The notes below the pieces were generated by a model. It was not told the DNA's origin. It searched no databases and saw nothing but the letters and a program-made list of their open reading frames with translations. From Pocillopora damicornis (Eukaryota), in the NCBI RefSeq assembly GCF_003704095.1, contig NW_020844003.1:1-64000 (forward strand): 64,000 nt of DNA, in the 5' to 3' direction. A program made the translations under genes and the position numbers. This document shows, in pieces, positions 1 through 11,204 of this stretch. How positions within the stretch are numbered: the first letter of the stretch is position 1; each line of letters begins with the position of its first letter.

Positions 1-1831
1 AAAGGAGTTCATGATTCGTTTCTACGGACATCTGAAGCGTGATAAAATGAGTGCCAGTGAAGCTCTTCACCGGACCATGAAGTGGATGAGAGAATCTGAG
101 ACGACCAGGTACACGGTGAGGGAATGGGCCCCATTCGTTCTGATTGGAGATGACGTCAATCTGGACTTATAAACCCTTTGTTATAAGTGAGGTGCAGTAA
201 GACAAGAACACTGAAAGGACAACTGTATCACTTTGCTAACATTATAAATACCTTCACCTTTCTTAAGCAATTTTTTTTTCAGTTATTGGTAGCTTTTTTT
301 ACAAAGTTCTATAAAATTGTTAAAGAGGAATATTTTGTCGTAAAGCGAGTGAAAATTATTTTTTAAGATTAAACTTCTGATGTAGCTTTTTAAGTAGCTT
401 TTCGGAACTACGGCGAGGAATTTTGTTTTTCATATAAACAATAGTTTGGTGAAGTTTCCAAATTTTTGCTACAAAATTAGAGTCATGGCTTTTTAAGCAA
501 ATTCACACAATCGCCATAATATTGCGATACACTTAAGGTTATTGATAACCTCAATAGACACATTGTCCTTTCCTTTTACTTAACAGAAAACGAAGAAAAA
601 TGTAAACCGCTTCGAAATCGTATTGACTGTCTTTTCTTTCTCAGGAACTTTAAGTGTTTTCAATGTACTTCAACTTATCGATCTGTAGAAATCGCGGTAG
701 ACCTTCAGTCGGTTGGCTCTGATTGATCTAAGATTGCGGCTGCTTTTTTCCGCAAAGAGTATTTCTTTGCTCGTTTGTCCCCTCAGCTAACTAAGAAATA
801 ACTGCCCTATTCCGCATTATTTAAGCCTTTTTCTACATGAGACTTTACAGGAGAGTGAGACAAGGGGTCTTTACAAACGTTTGGTTTTCTAATGGAAGTG
901 GCATTGCCATTCGATGTTTTCAAACATCGTAACTTGTTTATGTTCCGCAACAGTTTTAATATCAACAGGCACGTCGCCTTTTTTGACATGATGACAGACA
1001 GCAGGGACTATCATTTACGGGGAATGAGCACATCATGCGAACAAACAAAGACGTAAATAGCCACATGTCCTATCGAGCCTTTCCTGACGTAGAAATTTCT
1101 TTTTCGTTTGGAATAAATGATCATTTTAATTGATTGCTTTAGTAGGATAAAGAGCGCAGCGAAATTTGTATAAACATCGTATGTCCGCTCACTCTATCAA
1201 CGATATCCGCCGTGCGTATTCCACTGGTCTCATTCTTAGTTAACGTGTCTTTGTGTTGTGGAGAGGCAATTCAGAGATCTATCTTGAAGAACTGTCACCA
1301 AGGAACGAAGACTTAACCTATTCTCTCTTATAAACTATTCTCTTCATTCTGCATTTGCTATTCTTAAGGCCTTTTTCATGTTCTATTTTTCCACCAGAAT
1401 ATTTCATTTCCTAATTTCTGCTTTCGAACAAGAAATGATTTGTTTAAGACCTATTCGCTTTCCAAAGCCTGTTTTTTTCGATCCTCTTTCCTTGATCTCA
1501 CATTTCGTAACTCATATAACGACTCATTTGTACTTCACTTTTTGTTTAAAAATTTGTGAAACATAATGTCTTTGCCCAGCGGAAAAACATAAGAAGGAAA
1601 GTAGCATACATCTTCATTTAGGATCGCAGAGATCGACGACGCCTCTAAGACGATCGTTCTTACTCAGTTTTAGCGCAGGATGATAGAACACTTGACGAAA
1701 AGGACATGAAAAGCAAAGGAAAGTTCTAAAGTTGCTTGAGTTCAGAGGTTTTTGCATAACTATTTTTGATTGAAAGTTCATGCTTTCAAGTTGAAAATCA
1801 AGATGACTCCGTGCATGCACTAGTCAAAGCA
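1..1831. repeat. Arm 1 of a ~1.85 kb inverted duplication (partner 5299-7154): CHAT 3' end plus 3' flank
   Basis: The reverse complement matches 5299-7154 throughout with scattered substitutions and small indels. Duplicated spurious ORFs 1614-1820/5310-5516 and 1378-1566/5567-5875 confirm it. It ends at a 100-N gap. Confidence 0.93.
2..172 (+). CDS. 3' end of a TPR-CHAT (caspase/separase-like peptidase) gene, 5' part outside the window
   Basis: Frame 2 reads KEFMIRFYGHLKRDKMSASEALHRTMKWMRESETTRYTVREWAPFVLIGDDVNLDL-stop. WAPFVLIG is the typical CHAT C-terminus, and the segment is nearly identical to the end of the 6983-9550 gene (4 aa differences). Confidence 0.9.
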   Translation, partial: KEFMIRFYGHLKRDKMSASEALHRTMKWMRESETTRYTVREWAPFVLIGDDVNLDL

Positions 1832-1931
1832 NNNNNNNNNNNNNNNNNNNNNNNNNNNNNNNNNNNNNNNNNNNNNNNNNNNNNNNNNNNNNNNNNNNNN
1901 NNNNNNNNNNNNNNNNNNNNNNNNNNNNNNN

Positions 1932-3485
1932 ACGGTCCTCGCAGTTAACGTTTCGACTGCAAAAAAGTGACCTGGAGTTGGCTTCAAGGAGTGTATCAAC
2001 TTTGGCTTTCTCTTGGGAAATCGCCTCCAATTTCGGACCAAAGTCATTTTTCACTATCCAGAAGATGCTGTCTTTGAGACCAGAGCCAAAATAAACTATA
2101 ACTTGTCTTTTCGCCAAACTAACCATAAGGCTATTGAGTTCCGTTTCACTAAACTTGGCCTTTTCGTGGATCCTGTATTTCTTTACCAACAGTTCTGTCA
2201 ATACATGGGCACGACCTTGCTCTGTTGTACATAGAGCCTCGGCAAACTTACCAAGAGCGAGTAGCAGAGAGCAGCGTTGGTGGTAAATCACGATGTTGTC
2301 TTCTCCGTCTCGTACAGAAAGTTTGGACTCGTCATTTAAAGACTCAATATAGTTTTCATAACTTTTGATGCTTTCAGCCAGGATGTTGCATGCCTCTTCA
2401 AAGTGTCCATGTGCAGTAAGGTAGGCACCTAGGTGACTAAGAGATACATGCTTCCCCTCGTACCAACTTCCTGTTAATATTTTGTTTACATACTCAGTAC
2501 CTTTTTCCGGTTGACCAAGAAGTAGATGTAGATGACAGAGTGCGACGAAGATTTCGTCCCTGCAGATTAAGGTCTGGTATACTGGTTTGTCCTCTTCCCA
2601 GACTTCAAGGGCTTTGTGTAAAAGCTTTATGGCTTCGTCAAATTGTTTAAATTCAACAAGAACAGTACCGAGCCTAATATAAATCCATATTCCTATTTGA
2701 GGCAATTTTGCATCGAGTTGCAGTGAGTTCTCGTAAAACTTCTTTGCCTCTTCGTACCTACCATCAGCAAAATGAGCGTTCCCTAAAGCGAAAAGAGCAC
2801 TGGCTTTCCACCTAATGTCTCCAATTTCTTCGCTTATTTCAAGAGCTTCCTCAAGTTTCTGAAACGCTTTATTTTTCTGGCCTGGCAAAAGCACTACAAG
2901 TGCTAGTGTGATTAGGCATTTAACCTCTAACCACCTGTAACCACCTTTCTGACTCGTTTGAATTGATTCCACTAGAAACTCTGCTACCTCTTCCATCTGA
3001 CCAACGTGAGCATGACTTAGGGCAAGAAGATAGTAGGCAATTGCTTCTGTCTCTATATCGCCGGATTCCTTGGTAACTGAGAGCATTTCTTTTAGACATT
3101 CAGTATTTAGGTCATGTTGGTGACAACCAAAAGCCAGACATAGACACATTATTTGGTGACATAACTTTTCTGTCTCTTTGCTGCCAGTTTTTCTACTTTT
3201 AGCAAGAGCAAGTTCAGCATATATCTTTGACTCATTATACTCACCCAAATGTAAATTGACTTCAGCAAGAGAAAGAAATGCTGATTTAATCCAGTGATCG
3301 AACTTCTTTCGTGTTTTATCGTATATTGAGGCTCTTGATGATTTAAATTCCTGTTCGATGAAGTCCAATAGTGTCACCAACTCTTTGTAGAGTTGTAAAG
3401 CTGCACGTTGACGCTTGGTGTTCTCCAGGAAACGTGCCACTAACGTTGTAATCTTCACAGCTTCCGCCACATCCACTTTGGTCAT
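1932..3485 (-). CDS. TPR-repeat protein, TPR-CHAT (TTC28-like) paralogue A; truncated by the assembly gap at 1832-1931 before the CHAT domain
   Basis: Uninterrupted ORF with TPR-like helical repeats (ALFALGNAHFADGRYEEAKKFYENSL, IYIRLGTVLVEFKQFDEAIKLLHKALE). It has ALCTTEQGRAHVLTELL and NCEDR motifs collinear with the complete paralogue. Putative acceptor ctcag at 3501-3502, 15 nt upstream of the ATG. Confidence 0.88.
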
Positions 3486-3537
3486 ATTTAACGGCGTTCT
3501 CTGAGTGAGTTAAGTAAAGCCTTCATGAGAAACTCCA

Positions 3538-4002
3538 TACTGTCGAAACTGTATTAAGCAGTCATAAACGTGGAATGGCGGGGTGACCGTCTAATGCGGG
3601 TTTACTTGTAAATACAGTTTCTCCAGATAAAGGGTATTATAAAAAGTATAAATAAAGCCACTTTATGCCATAATTGAGCACATAACGTACAGAATTTCGC
3701 TCGAAAATACCACTTACTTTGATTTGAGGAGAGAAAAAGTGATCAACACTTATTTAAAGATTTTTTTCCTAATTTTGTTTGAGTGGTCCTACTTTCAGTG
3801 ACCGTTCAATACAGGAGAAAGACAATAAAAACAGGTCATTCAGACTTTGTAAAGGGTGACTGCGACCGCTCAATAGGTGTGACCGCTTAATAGAGATGAA
3901 AATTATAGTTCTTAAGGGCAAACAAATTCAGGAGTTTGACAACTGACCGCTTAATACAGGGTGACTGCTAAATATGGTGCCACTTAATACAGGTTTGACT
4001 TT
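3538..4002. mobile_element. Tc1/pogo(Tigger)-like MITE
   Basis: Imperfect TIRs (TA CTGTCGAAACTGTATTAAG ... CTTAATACAGGTTTGACT) and internal subterminal repeats GTGACCGCTTAATACAGG. Confidence 0.65.
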
Positions 4003-4062
4003 GTTTAACCATCTCCACAACAATTGAAAAATGTAAGCAATTCAATTATTGAAGAAAGATGT

Positions 4063-4412
4063 TTTTTCGTCTTGTCAAGCGTGGGACAAAGAAAAAATTC
4101 TGAGTCCCCACGAAGAATCGAACCTCAGACCTTCGGATTCCGCGCTCCGATGCTCTAAAAACTGAGCCACAGAGACTCCACGGTGAGCGAGGTCTATTAC
4201 GAAGTTCATATGACACGTGTCCTGCATACTGCTAGGATCAGCAATGTCGAAAGCGTAATGTTTGTAGATAGAAATACGAGAGATGGTAAGTTTTGAGCTC
4301 GGTAGGACGCGTGTCATATGAACTTCGTAATAGACCACGCTCACCGTGGAGTCTCTGTGGCTCAGTGGTTCTATTTCTTTACCGAACTCAAAACTTACGA
4401 TCTCCCGTATTT
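4063..4412 (-). mobile_element. tRNA-derived palindromic interspersed repeat (SINE-like)
   Basis: The minus strand has Pol III A/B box-like TGGCTCAGTTTTTAGAGC and GGTTCGATTCT. Internal inverted repeats at about 4161-4222/4304-4366 and 4272-4303/4380-4412. Confidence 0.7.
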
Positions 4413-5298
4413 CAATTCAATTATTGCCTCCACCCAACTACCTAGCAGGCAGGTTGAAGCACATCCTCACTTCTGCTTGCCTGAATGACTCACGTGTGAT
4501 AATCATGCATCCCTACCAACATACATATCACCATCAGATGTATTTTGACAACGCTTAAATCGTTGCACACCAGTGCATAAATATTACTATTGAAGGCTTT
4601 CATGTTTGCGAAACACTCCTACCACCCCTAAGTCACGAGCATAAAGAAAACGAACACCAACTAAGTAAGCTCTTAATTATAAAACAAATTCACCTTGGCA
4701 GCACCTTAGGAAATGTATAGAGAACAGTTTGGAGAATGTGTATGTAAGGGGTAGACAGCTATCCCACCCTAGCCCCCAGAGTACTTTAGTCATGGGGGAC
4801 GAAAAATTGGATTACGAGGTCGAAGTTAAAAAAAAAATTGAATCATTGAACAATATTTGTCTCTTTAAATATTTGTCTTCACAAGCGAACCCAATATGTA
4901 TACTGATGTTCGGGTGTAAATGGTAACACTCATACGATCTCCGAAAAAAGCAGGTATTTCATTACATCTCCCTTCTTGATTTTACATTGACAATGAAATT
5001 ACACAGTCAGTTTCAAGAACAATTAAGTTTTCAAAACGGCATTGAAGTAAGTGCTTTGGAAAACGAAAGAAATTTAGAGATCGCCATCAGCTGTCAATTT
5101 GCCGTAAATTTTCATTTAGCCTTCTGGGTTTTTGCTCGTTTCAAAAGAGTTTCCATCTAAAAGCAAAGTGTCGTAGGTTAACTTTTTCCTCTATTTTTTT
5201 CTTTCACGAATAAATGTACGTATGGACTGAATTAAGGGCTATAAGGAAATCTTGCCCGAAGCTGAAATCATGAACAACGAAACAATTCCGTCTCAGCT

Positions 5299-7154
5299 TG
5301 CTTTGACTAGTGCATGCACGGAGTCATCTTGATTTTCACCTTGAAAGCATGAACTTTCAATCAAAAATAGTTATGCACAAACCTCTGAACTCAAGCAACT
5401 TTAGAACCCTCCTTCGCTTTTCATGTCCTTTTCGTCAAGTGTTCTATCATCCTGCGCTAAAACTGAGTAAGAACGATCGTCTTAGAGGCGTCGTCGATCT
5501 CTGCGATCCTAAATGAAGATGTATGCTACTTTCCTTCTTAATATGTTTTTCCGCTGGACAAAGACATTATGTTTCACAAATTTTTAAACAAAAAGTGAAG
5601 TACCAATGAGTCATTATATGAATTAGGAAATGTGAGATCAAGGACAGAGGATCGAAAAAAACAGGCTTTGGAAAGCGAATAGGACTTAAGGAAATAAATT
5701 CTTGTTCGAAAGCAGAAATTAGGAAATGAAATATTGTGGTGGAAAAATAGAACATGAAAAAGGCCTTAAGAATAGCAAATGCAGAATGAAGAGAATAGTT
5801 TAGAAGAGAGAGTAGGTTAAGTCTTCGTTCCTTGGTGACAGTTCTGCAAGATAGATCTCTGAATTGGCTCTCCACAACACAAAGACACGTGTACTAAGAA
5901 CGAGAGCAGTGGAATACGCACGGCGGATATCGTTGATAGAGTGAGCAGACATACGATCCTTGTACAAATTTCGCTGCGCTCAGTTTTGATCAGACTAAAG
6001 CAATCAATTGAAATGATCGTTTATTTCAAACGAAAAAGAAATTTTCTACGTCAGGAAAGGCTCGAGAGGACATGTGGTTATTTACGTCTTTGTTTGTTCG
6101 CATGATGTGCTCATTCTCCGTAAGTGATAGTTCCTGCTGTCTGTCATCATGTCAAAAAAGGCGACGTGCCTGTTGATATTAAAACTGTTACGAAACATAA
6201 ACAAGTAATGATGTTTGAAAACATCGAATGGCAATGCCATTTCCATTTGAAAACCATACGTTTATAAAGACCCTTTGTCTTATTCTCCCGTAAAGTCTCA
6301 TGTGGAAAAAGGCTTAAATAATGCGGAATAGGGCAGTTATTTCTTAGCTAGCTGAGGGGACAAACGAGCAAAGAATTACTCTTTGCGGAAAAAAGTAGCC
6401 GCAATCTTAGATCAATCAGAGCCAACCAACTGAAGCTCTACTGCGATTTCTACAGAACGATAAGTTGAAGTACATTGAAAACACTTAAAGTTCCTCAGAA
6501 GAAAGGACAGTCGATACGATTTCGAAGCGGTTTACATTTTTCTTCGTTTTCTGTTAAGTAAAAGGAAAGGACAATGTGTCTATTGAGGTTATCAATAACC
6601 TTAAGTTTATCGCAATATTATGGCGACTATGTGAATTTGTTTAAAAAGCAATGACTCTAATTTTGTAGCAAAAATTTGGAAACTTCATCAAACTATTGTT
6701 TATATGAAAAACAAAATTATTCGCCGTAGTTCCGAAAAACCACTTAAAAAGCTATATAAGAGGCTTTAGCTTGACAAATAATTTCAACTCGCTTTACGAC
6801 AAATGATCCTATTATATCCAAAACAGTTCTTTAACAATTCTATAGAATTTTGTAAAAAAAGCTACCAATAACTGAAAACAAAAATAGCTTAAGAAAGGTG
6901 AAGGTATTTATAATGTTAGCAAAGTGATACAGTTCTCCCTTCAGTGTTCTTGTTTTACTGCACCTCACTTATAACAAAGGGTTTATAAGTCCAGATTGAC
7001 GTCATCTCCAATCAGAACGAATGGGGCCCATTCCCTCACCGTGTACCTTGTCGTCTCAGATTCTCTCATCCGCTTCATGGTCTGATGAAGAGCTTCACTG
7101 ACACTCATTTTGTCACACTTCAGATGTCCGTAGAAACGAATCATGAACTCCTTT
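5299..7154. repeat. Arm 2 of the inverted duplication (partner 1-1831)
   Basis: Reverse-complement match to 1-1831. Confidence 0.93.
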
Positions 7155-9550
7155 GTGGATTTGTCATCCACGGCCCACAGGGAAACCAGCACTGAACGAG
7201 CTCCTGAAGCAATGAAGGCTCGAGCGATCCCCACAACTCCCTCGGCTTTCATGATCTTTCCTTTAGCACTGTGACAACAGCTTAGTACAACAAGCTTGGC
7301 CCGGATCCGAACCTTGGCGATGTCTCCCATAGTCAGCATGTAATCTTCCTTCGTTGGGTTTTGAGGGGAGGATGGGTTGTGTGCACAAGCAATCTCCCCT
7401 CTTTCCGCGTCACCATGGGCGGCGATGTGTACCAGACACACATCAGTTATTCGTCGCAGCACTTCTTCCTTCGTTGCTTGCTCACCCAACAAAGGCTCCA
7501 CCTCCAGAAGATCAGCAATTTCTTTAGCTTCCTGCCTAGCTGCTTTCAATTGCGGAAGTGGTGTGATATGACTTACTTGTGGGTCGCCAACGATCAGCGC
7601 TCCATTCCGGCTGTGATAATTCTCTGGGGAGTCAAGAATCAACTTAAGTGTTGACAACGAAGGAATGATGCGAATACTGCACGACTCAGACAGGTACTTT
7701 CCAGAATCGTCTTGAAGTGCGGTAAATGGAACCATGACCATAGATCCCTCGGGAACAAGTACAAGCTCTCGGCCCTGAATTCGATCAGCAAATGGAGCGA
7801 TGAGTGACTTGTACAGTTGATTTGGTAAGTTTTCAGCCTCAAGGTCCTCGTCGTCTGTCTCCTCAAGGAGACGTTTCCCCCTGACTCCGTCGTGCTGGGT
7901 ATCATCAGCAGCATACTGATACAAAGCTGACAATGAACGGTCCTCACAGTTAATGCTTCGGCCGTAAGAAAATGACTCGATATAAGTCTTCAGGGGAGAA
8001 TCTTGATTGGCCCCTTTTGGATTCCTCATCTCCAATGTGGCATCATTCTTCATTATCCAGAACGTGATTCTTTTACCTCTTGGAGTGGCGATAAATACTA
8101 AAATTTGATTATCATTCAGACGCTTTAGAAGTATATTGAGGTCATTTTCACTTAGCTCTGCCTCTTCTCGAATGGCATATTTCTCTGCTAACAGTTCCGC
8201 CAATAGGCGGGCACGGCCTCTTTCTGCTGTACACAAAGCTTGGATGGGCTTACCCAGAGCCATAAGCAAGAGGCAATGATTCCTGTACAATTCAAAGTGT
8301 TGTTCCATGTCCCCGGCAGAAAGTTTGAACTCATCATTGAAAAGGCCACGCCCACTTTCATAGCATTTGATACTTTCAGAAATAATGTCACATGCCTGTT
8401 CCAATTTCCCATTTACACTGAAAAAGGAACCTAACTGAAAGAGGCTTACAGACCGATCCAAGTTATTTTTGGGCCAATCTTCCGTTAATATTTGCTTTAC
8501 ACATTCGTCAGCTTTATCGTGTTGGCCAAGCAGTAGGTGTATCTTACAGAATGTGATGTAAATGTCGCCTTTAGAGAGTGTGGTCTGCTTTGCTAAATTG
8601 CCTTCTTCACATAGTTCAAGGGCTTTCTCTATGCTCTTCATGGATTCCTCATATTGTTGAAGTTCAATGAGAAGTTCAGCGTTGTGATAGTAGGCCCATG
8701 TTCCTAAGTCTGGGAAATGAAACTCCTTACTGACTCGAATCACTTTCTGGTAATATTCCTTTGCTTTATCGTATTGACCAATATCTTTATAAGCATGTCC
8801 CAATGCTATGAGCACTATAGATTTAATCATTCCCCCTTCAATCTCTTCGCTAACTCGAAGGGCTTCCTGCAGTCTCTCGAATGCCTCGTTTTGCTGGCCT
8901 GACGAAAGCACATTATTTGCCAGTAGGTTTAAACAATCAACTAGTCTCCCCTGGTGTCCATCGATCTGACGTATCTGTATTGATTTCTCAACAAACTCTA
9001 CTGCCTGTTCTTTTTGACCTACGAAGGAATAACATAATCCTAGCTGGAAATAGACCTCTGCTTCTTTTACCGTGTCACCAGTTTCCTTGGTAATTGCAAG
9101 CATTTTCATGAGACATTCAATCTTTTGGTCATATCGCTCAACACTCATAAAACACTTCCAAAATATTCTGTAACACGCTCGAGCTATATCTTTTCTGGCA
9201 TTTTCGTGATTTAAGACAATTGCAAAAGCAAGTTCAGCATTTATTTTTGACTCCAAGTGGTTACCAAGGCACGATTCGCTCTCAGCGAGGGCAAGATGTA
9301 CTAGCATTGTCATGTGATCTATTACCTTTCGTGGTTCTTCATTTCTCGGGCCCAACAAAGTCTTTCGTATTACTTCAGGTATTGCTTCTGATATTAAACT
9401 GAAGGACTTTTGGACCGATCTCAACAGGTTCAACCATTCTTTATAGAATTCTGAGGCTGCTTGGCTGCGATGGCTGTTTTCAGAGTAACACGCCACTGTT
9501 TTATCCGCAGCTTTGCAGACATCTACTTCGTCCTTTTTAAACGCTGCGCT
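6983..9550 (-). CDS. TPR-CHAT protein paralogue B (complete single large exon, ~855 codons from the acceptor); intact caspase-like His/Cys dyad
   Basis: TPR repeats followed by a CHAT domain (LYKSLIAP, PFTAL, ALIVGDP, EQATKEEV, VHIAAHG, LVVLSCCHS, GARSVLVSLWAVDD, WAPFVLIG). The frame is open back to the acceptor AG at 9551-9552. The position homologous to the paralogue ATG is AAG (9533-9535). Confidence 0.93.
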   Translation of the reverse strand, partial: SAAFKKDEVDVCKAADKTVACYSENSHRSQAASEFYKEWLNLLRSVQKSFSLISEAIPEVIRKTLLGPRNEEPRKVIDHMTMLVHLALAESESCLGNHLESKINAELAFAIVLNHENARKDIARACYRIFWKCFMSVERYDQKIECLMKMLAITKETGDTVKEAEVYFQLGLCYSFVGQKEQAVEFVEKSIQIRQIDGHQGRLVDCLNLLANNVLSSGQQNEAFERLQEALRVSEEIEGGMIKSIVLIALGHAYKDIGQYDKAKEYYQKVIRVSKEFHFPDLGTWAYYHNAELLIELQQYEESMKSIEKALELCEEGNLAKQTTLSKGDIYITFCKIHLLLGQHDKADECVKQILTEDWPKNNLDRSVSLFQLGSFFSVNGKLEQACDIISESIKCYESGRGLFNDEFKLSAGDMEQHFELYRNHCLLLMALGKPIQALCTAERGRARLLAELLAEKYAIREEAELSENDLNILLKRLNDNQILVFIATPRGKRITFWIMKNDATLEMRNPKGANQDSPLKTYIESFSYGRSINCEDRSLSALYQYAADDTQHDGVRGKRLLEETDDEDLEAENLPNQLYKSLIAPFADRIQGRELVLVPEGSMVMVPFTALQDDSGKYLSESCSIRIIPSLSTLKLILDSPENYHSRNGALIVGDPQVSHITPLPQLKAARQEAKEIADLLEVEPLLGEQATKEEVLRRITDVCLVHIAAHGDAERGEIACAHNPSSPQNPTKEDYMLTMGDIAKVRIRAKLVVLSCCHSAKGKIMKAEGVVGIARAFIASGARSVLVSLWAVDDKSTKEFMIRFYGHLKCDKMSVSEALHQTMKRMRESETTRYTVREWAPFVLIGDDVNLDL

Positions 9551-9738
9551 CTGAGGAATAACGAGAAAGCCGTGATAAGGCGCTCTACAATTATTCAGTG
9601 TGTGATCACTACAGGCTAAAAAGTTGGGCGATGTTAATTTAGTTGAAATTTCGGAGTGATTCTAAGTTGCAGTAGGAAAGCTAATATTGGGTCGCACAGA
9701 GGAAGCAAAAGGCCATATATTCACTTAGGAATGCTTTG

Positions 9739-9997
9739 TCAGTGTGCTTCACGTATAAAATTATTCCAATGGAGTGTCAGTTTAACATTTATTTGATCCA
9801 TTACCTTTCGTGGTGCATTTTTTTGGTGTAAGGATTCTTCGATGAACTCTAACAGCGTCGTCGACTCCTTGTAAAATTCTCTTGCTGCGTGATCATGGTG
9901 AATGTTCGCAAAGTAAAGTCCCACGGATACACACATGTCTACGGCTTTCAAGACATCTTTCAAGATATGTTCTTTCTCCATGGTTTACACCCGAGCT
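9739..9997 (-). pseudogene. Truncated third TPR-CHAT paralogue (N-terminal ~80 aa only)
   Basis: DVLKAVDM...HHDHAAREFYKESTTLLEFIEE...APRKVMDQI aligns with the N-termini of both paralogues (SQAASEFYKEWLNLL...PRKVIDH; AALQLYKELVTLLDFIE). It has the same ctcag acceptor at 9998-9999 and an early stop. Confidence 0.75.
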
Positions 9998-10818
9998 CTG
10001 AGTAAACAAAACAAGACCGTGTTAAGACGTCATACGATAATCCAGAGACTGATATGCCTCACTCGTCCTTGGTCGTCTCTCTAATCTTAAGCAACGTGGG
10101 AAGCGTGGGGAAGATGGGAAAGAGTAAAATTCCCATCGTCCCCTTCGTCGCGGTAGAGCTAGTCTCTCGGGACCCCGTGGCCGTAGTCGATTGAAGACTA
10201 GTTGGTAGTTATACCCGGTGTGGCGCTAATATATTTTTTAGCACAAAAGTAGCCTGAGTATTAGGGTATTATGGTGAATGAAATAAAAAACATTACCAAA
10301 CTGACAAGTGCTTCATGCTAAACTTTTCGCCAAAAATGCTCTTAACTTGATTACTTGCTGTGGGTTCACAAAGCAATTTGCTTTCTTCATTGTATTTATG
10401 CCCTTACATGCTACTCATTAGCAGGCGAGTAATCACCAGAGTTTGAAAAATTGCGAGATGCCAATTGCCTCTCCTTGAAAACGAGGTAAGCGCGAGGCCT
10501 TTAAACGAAACTTATTTTTATTCCATGCAAATAAAACCCATTTTAACAAGAAAAGCTTTACACAAAACATCATTTCCAAATTGGTGGATTTTTGAACTCG
10601 GGAATGCCCAGATGGAGATGGAGATTGCGATACAAAGGCGTAGAAAAAATCTCCACCAAACGCTCAGATTACAGGGAGAAGGGGAGTTGAGTTAACTGGA
10701 TTTCCATTCAAATAAAACTGTACAATTGCAGAAAATTTGATAAGGTTGATTTACCGTTGAAACATACGATTGCGTGTTTAATTATATTCACGAAACGAAA
10801 ACCGCAAACAGTACTTAC

Positions 10819-10887
10819 CGAGGGATTAGCGTTAGTCAGAGAGAGGGCACTTCGTGATTCGCAGGAAAATCTTCGCTTTCCGAACAT
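10819..10887 (-). CDS. Putative leader exon of the TPR-CHAT locus (MFGKRRFSCESRSALSLTNANPS)
   Basis: ATG at 10887 opens exactly 23 codons ending at a consensus donor TCG|GTAAGT (phase 0). This is in frame with the acceptors at 9550 and 3500. Confidence 0.45.
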
Positions 10888-11204
10888 GCCTCGAGCGGAA
10901 GGGTTTTTCTAGCCGACCATTGCTGCAGACAGGGTTTCAACAACCCCGTATTAGAATCGCATGTATCATAGATCAATCAACAAAATCGAGTCACGCTACA
11001 ATTACACGGTTAACTTATGAGAAAAGAACAATAAATTTCTATTCTTCTGCTCCCTGTGCTCGGGTGAAACGTTTTGTGATGACAAGAATTTATCTTGAGA
11101 ATTCTCAGCGATACATAAATCAAACCATCGATAACCAATTAACAAGAAGGAATACCACAAAAATTAAAACTCCTATGAGATTCATGATTACATCAGGTAT
11201 TTTG

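Noticed and set aside
807-1820. Short ORFs duplicated at 5310-5875
   Set aside because: They lie in the duplicated AT-rich 3' flank, show no recognisable domains, and their similarity only reflects the duplication.
3840-4000. CRISPR-like short repeats
   Set aside because: Irregular spacing, eukaryotic context, and explained as MITE subterminal repeats.
4100-4178. Possible tRNA gene
   Set aside because: Degenerate D-loop and anticodon arm, embedded in a rearranged repeat; treated as SINE-like.
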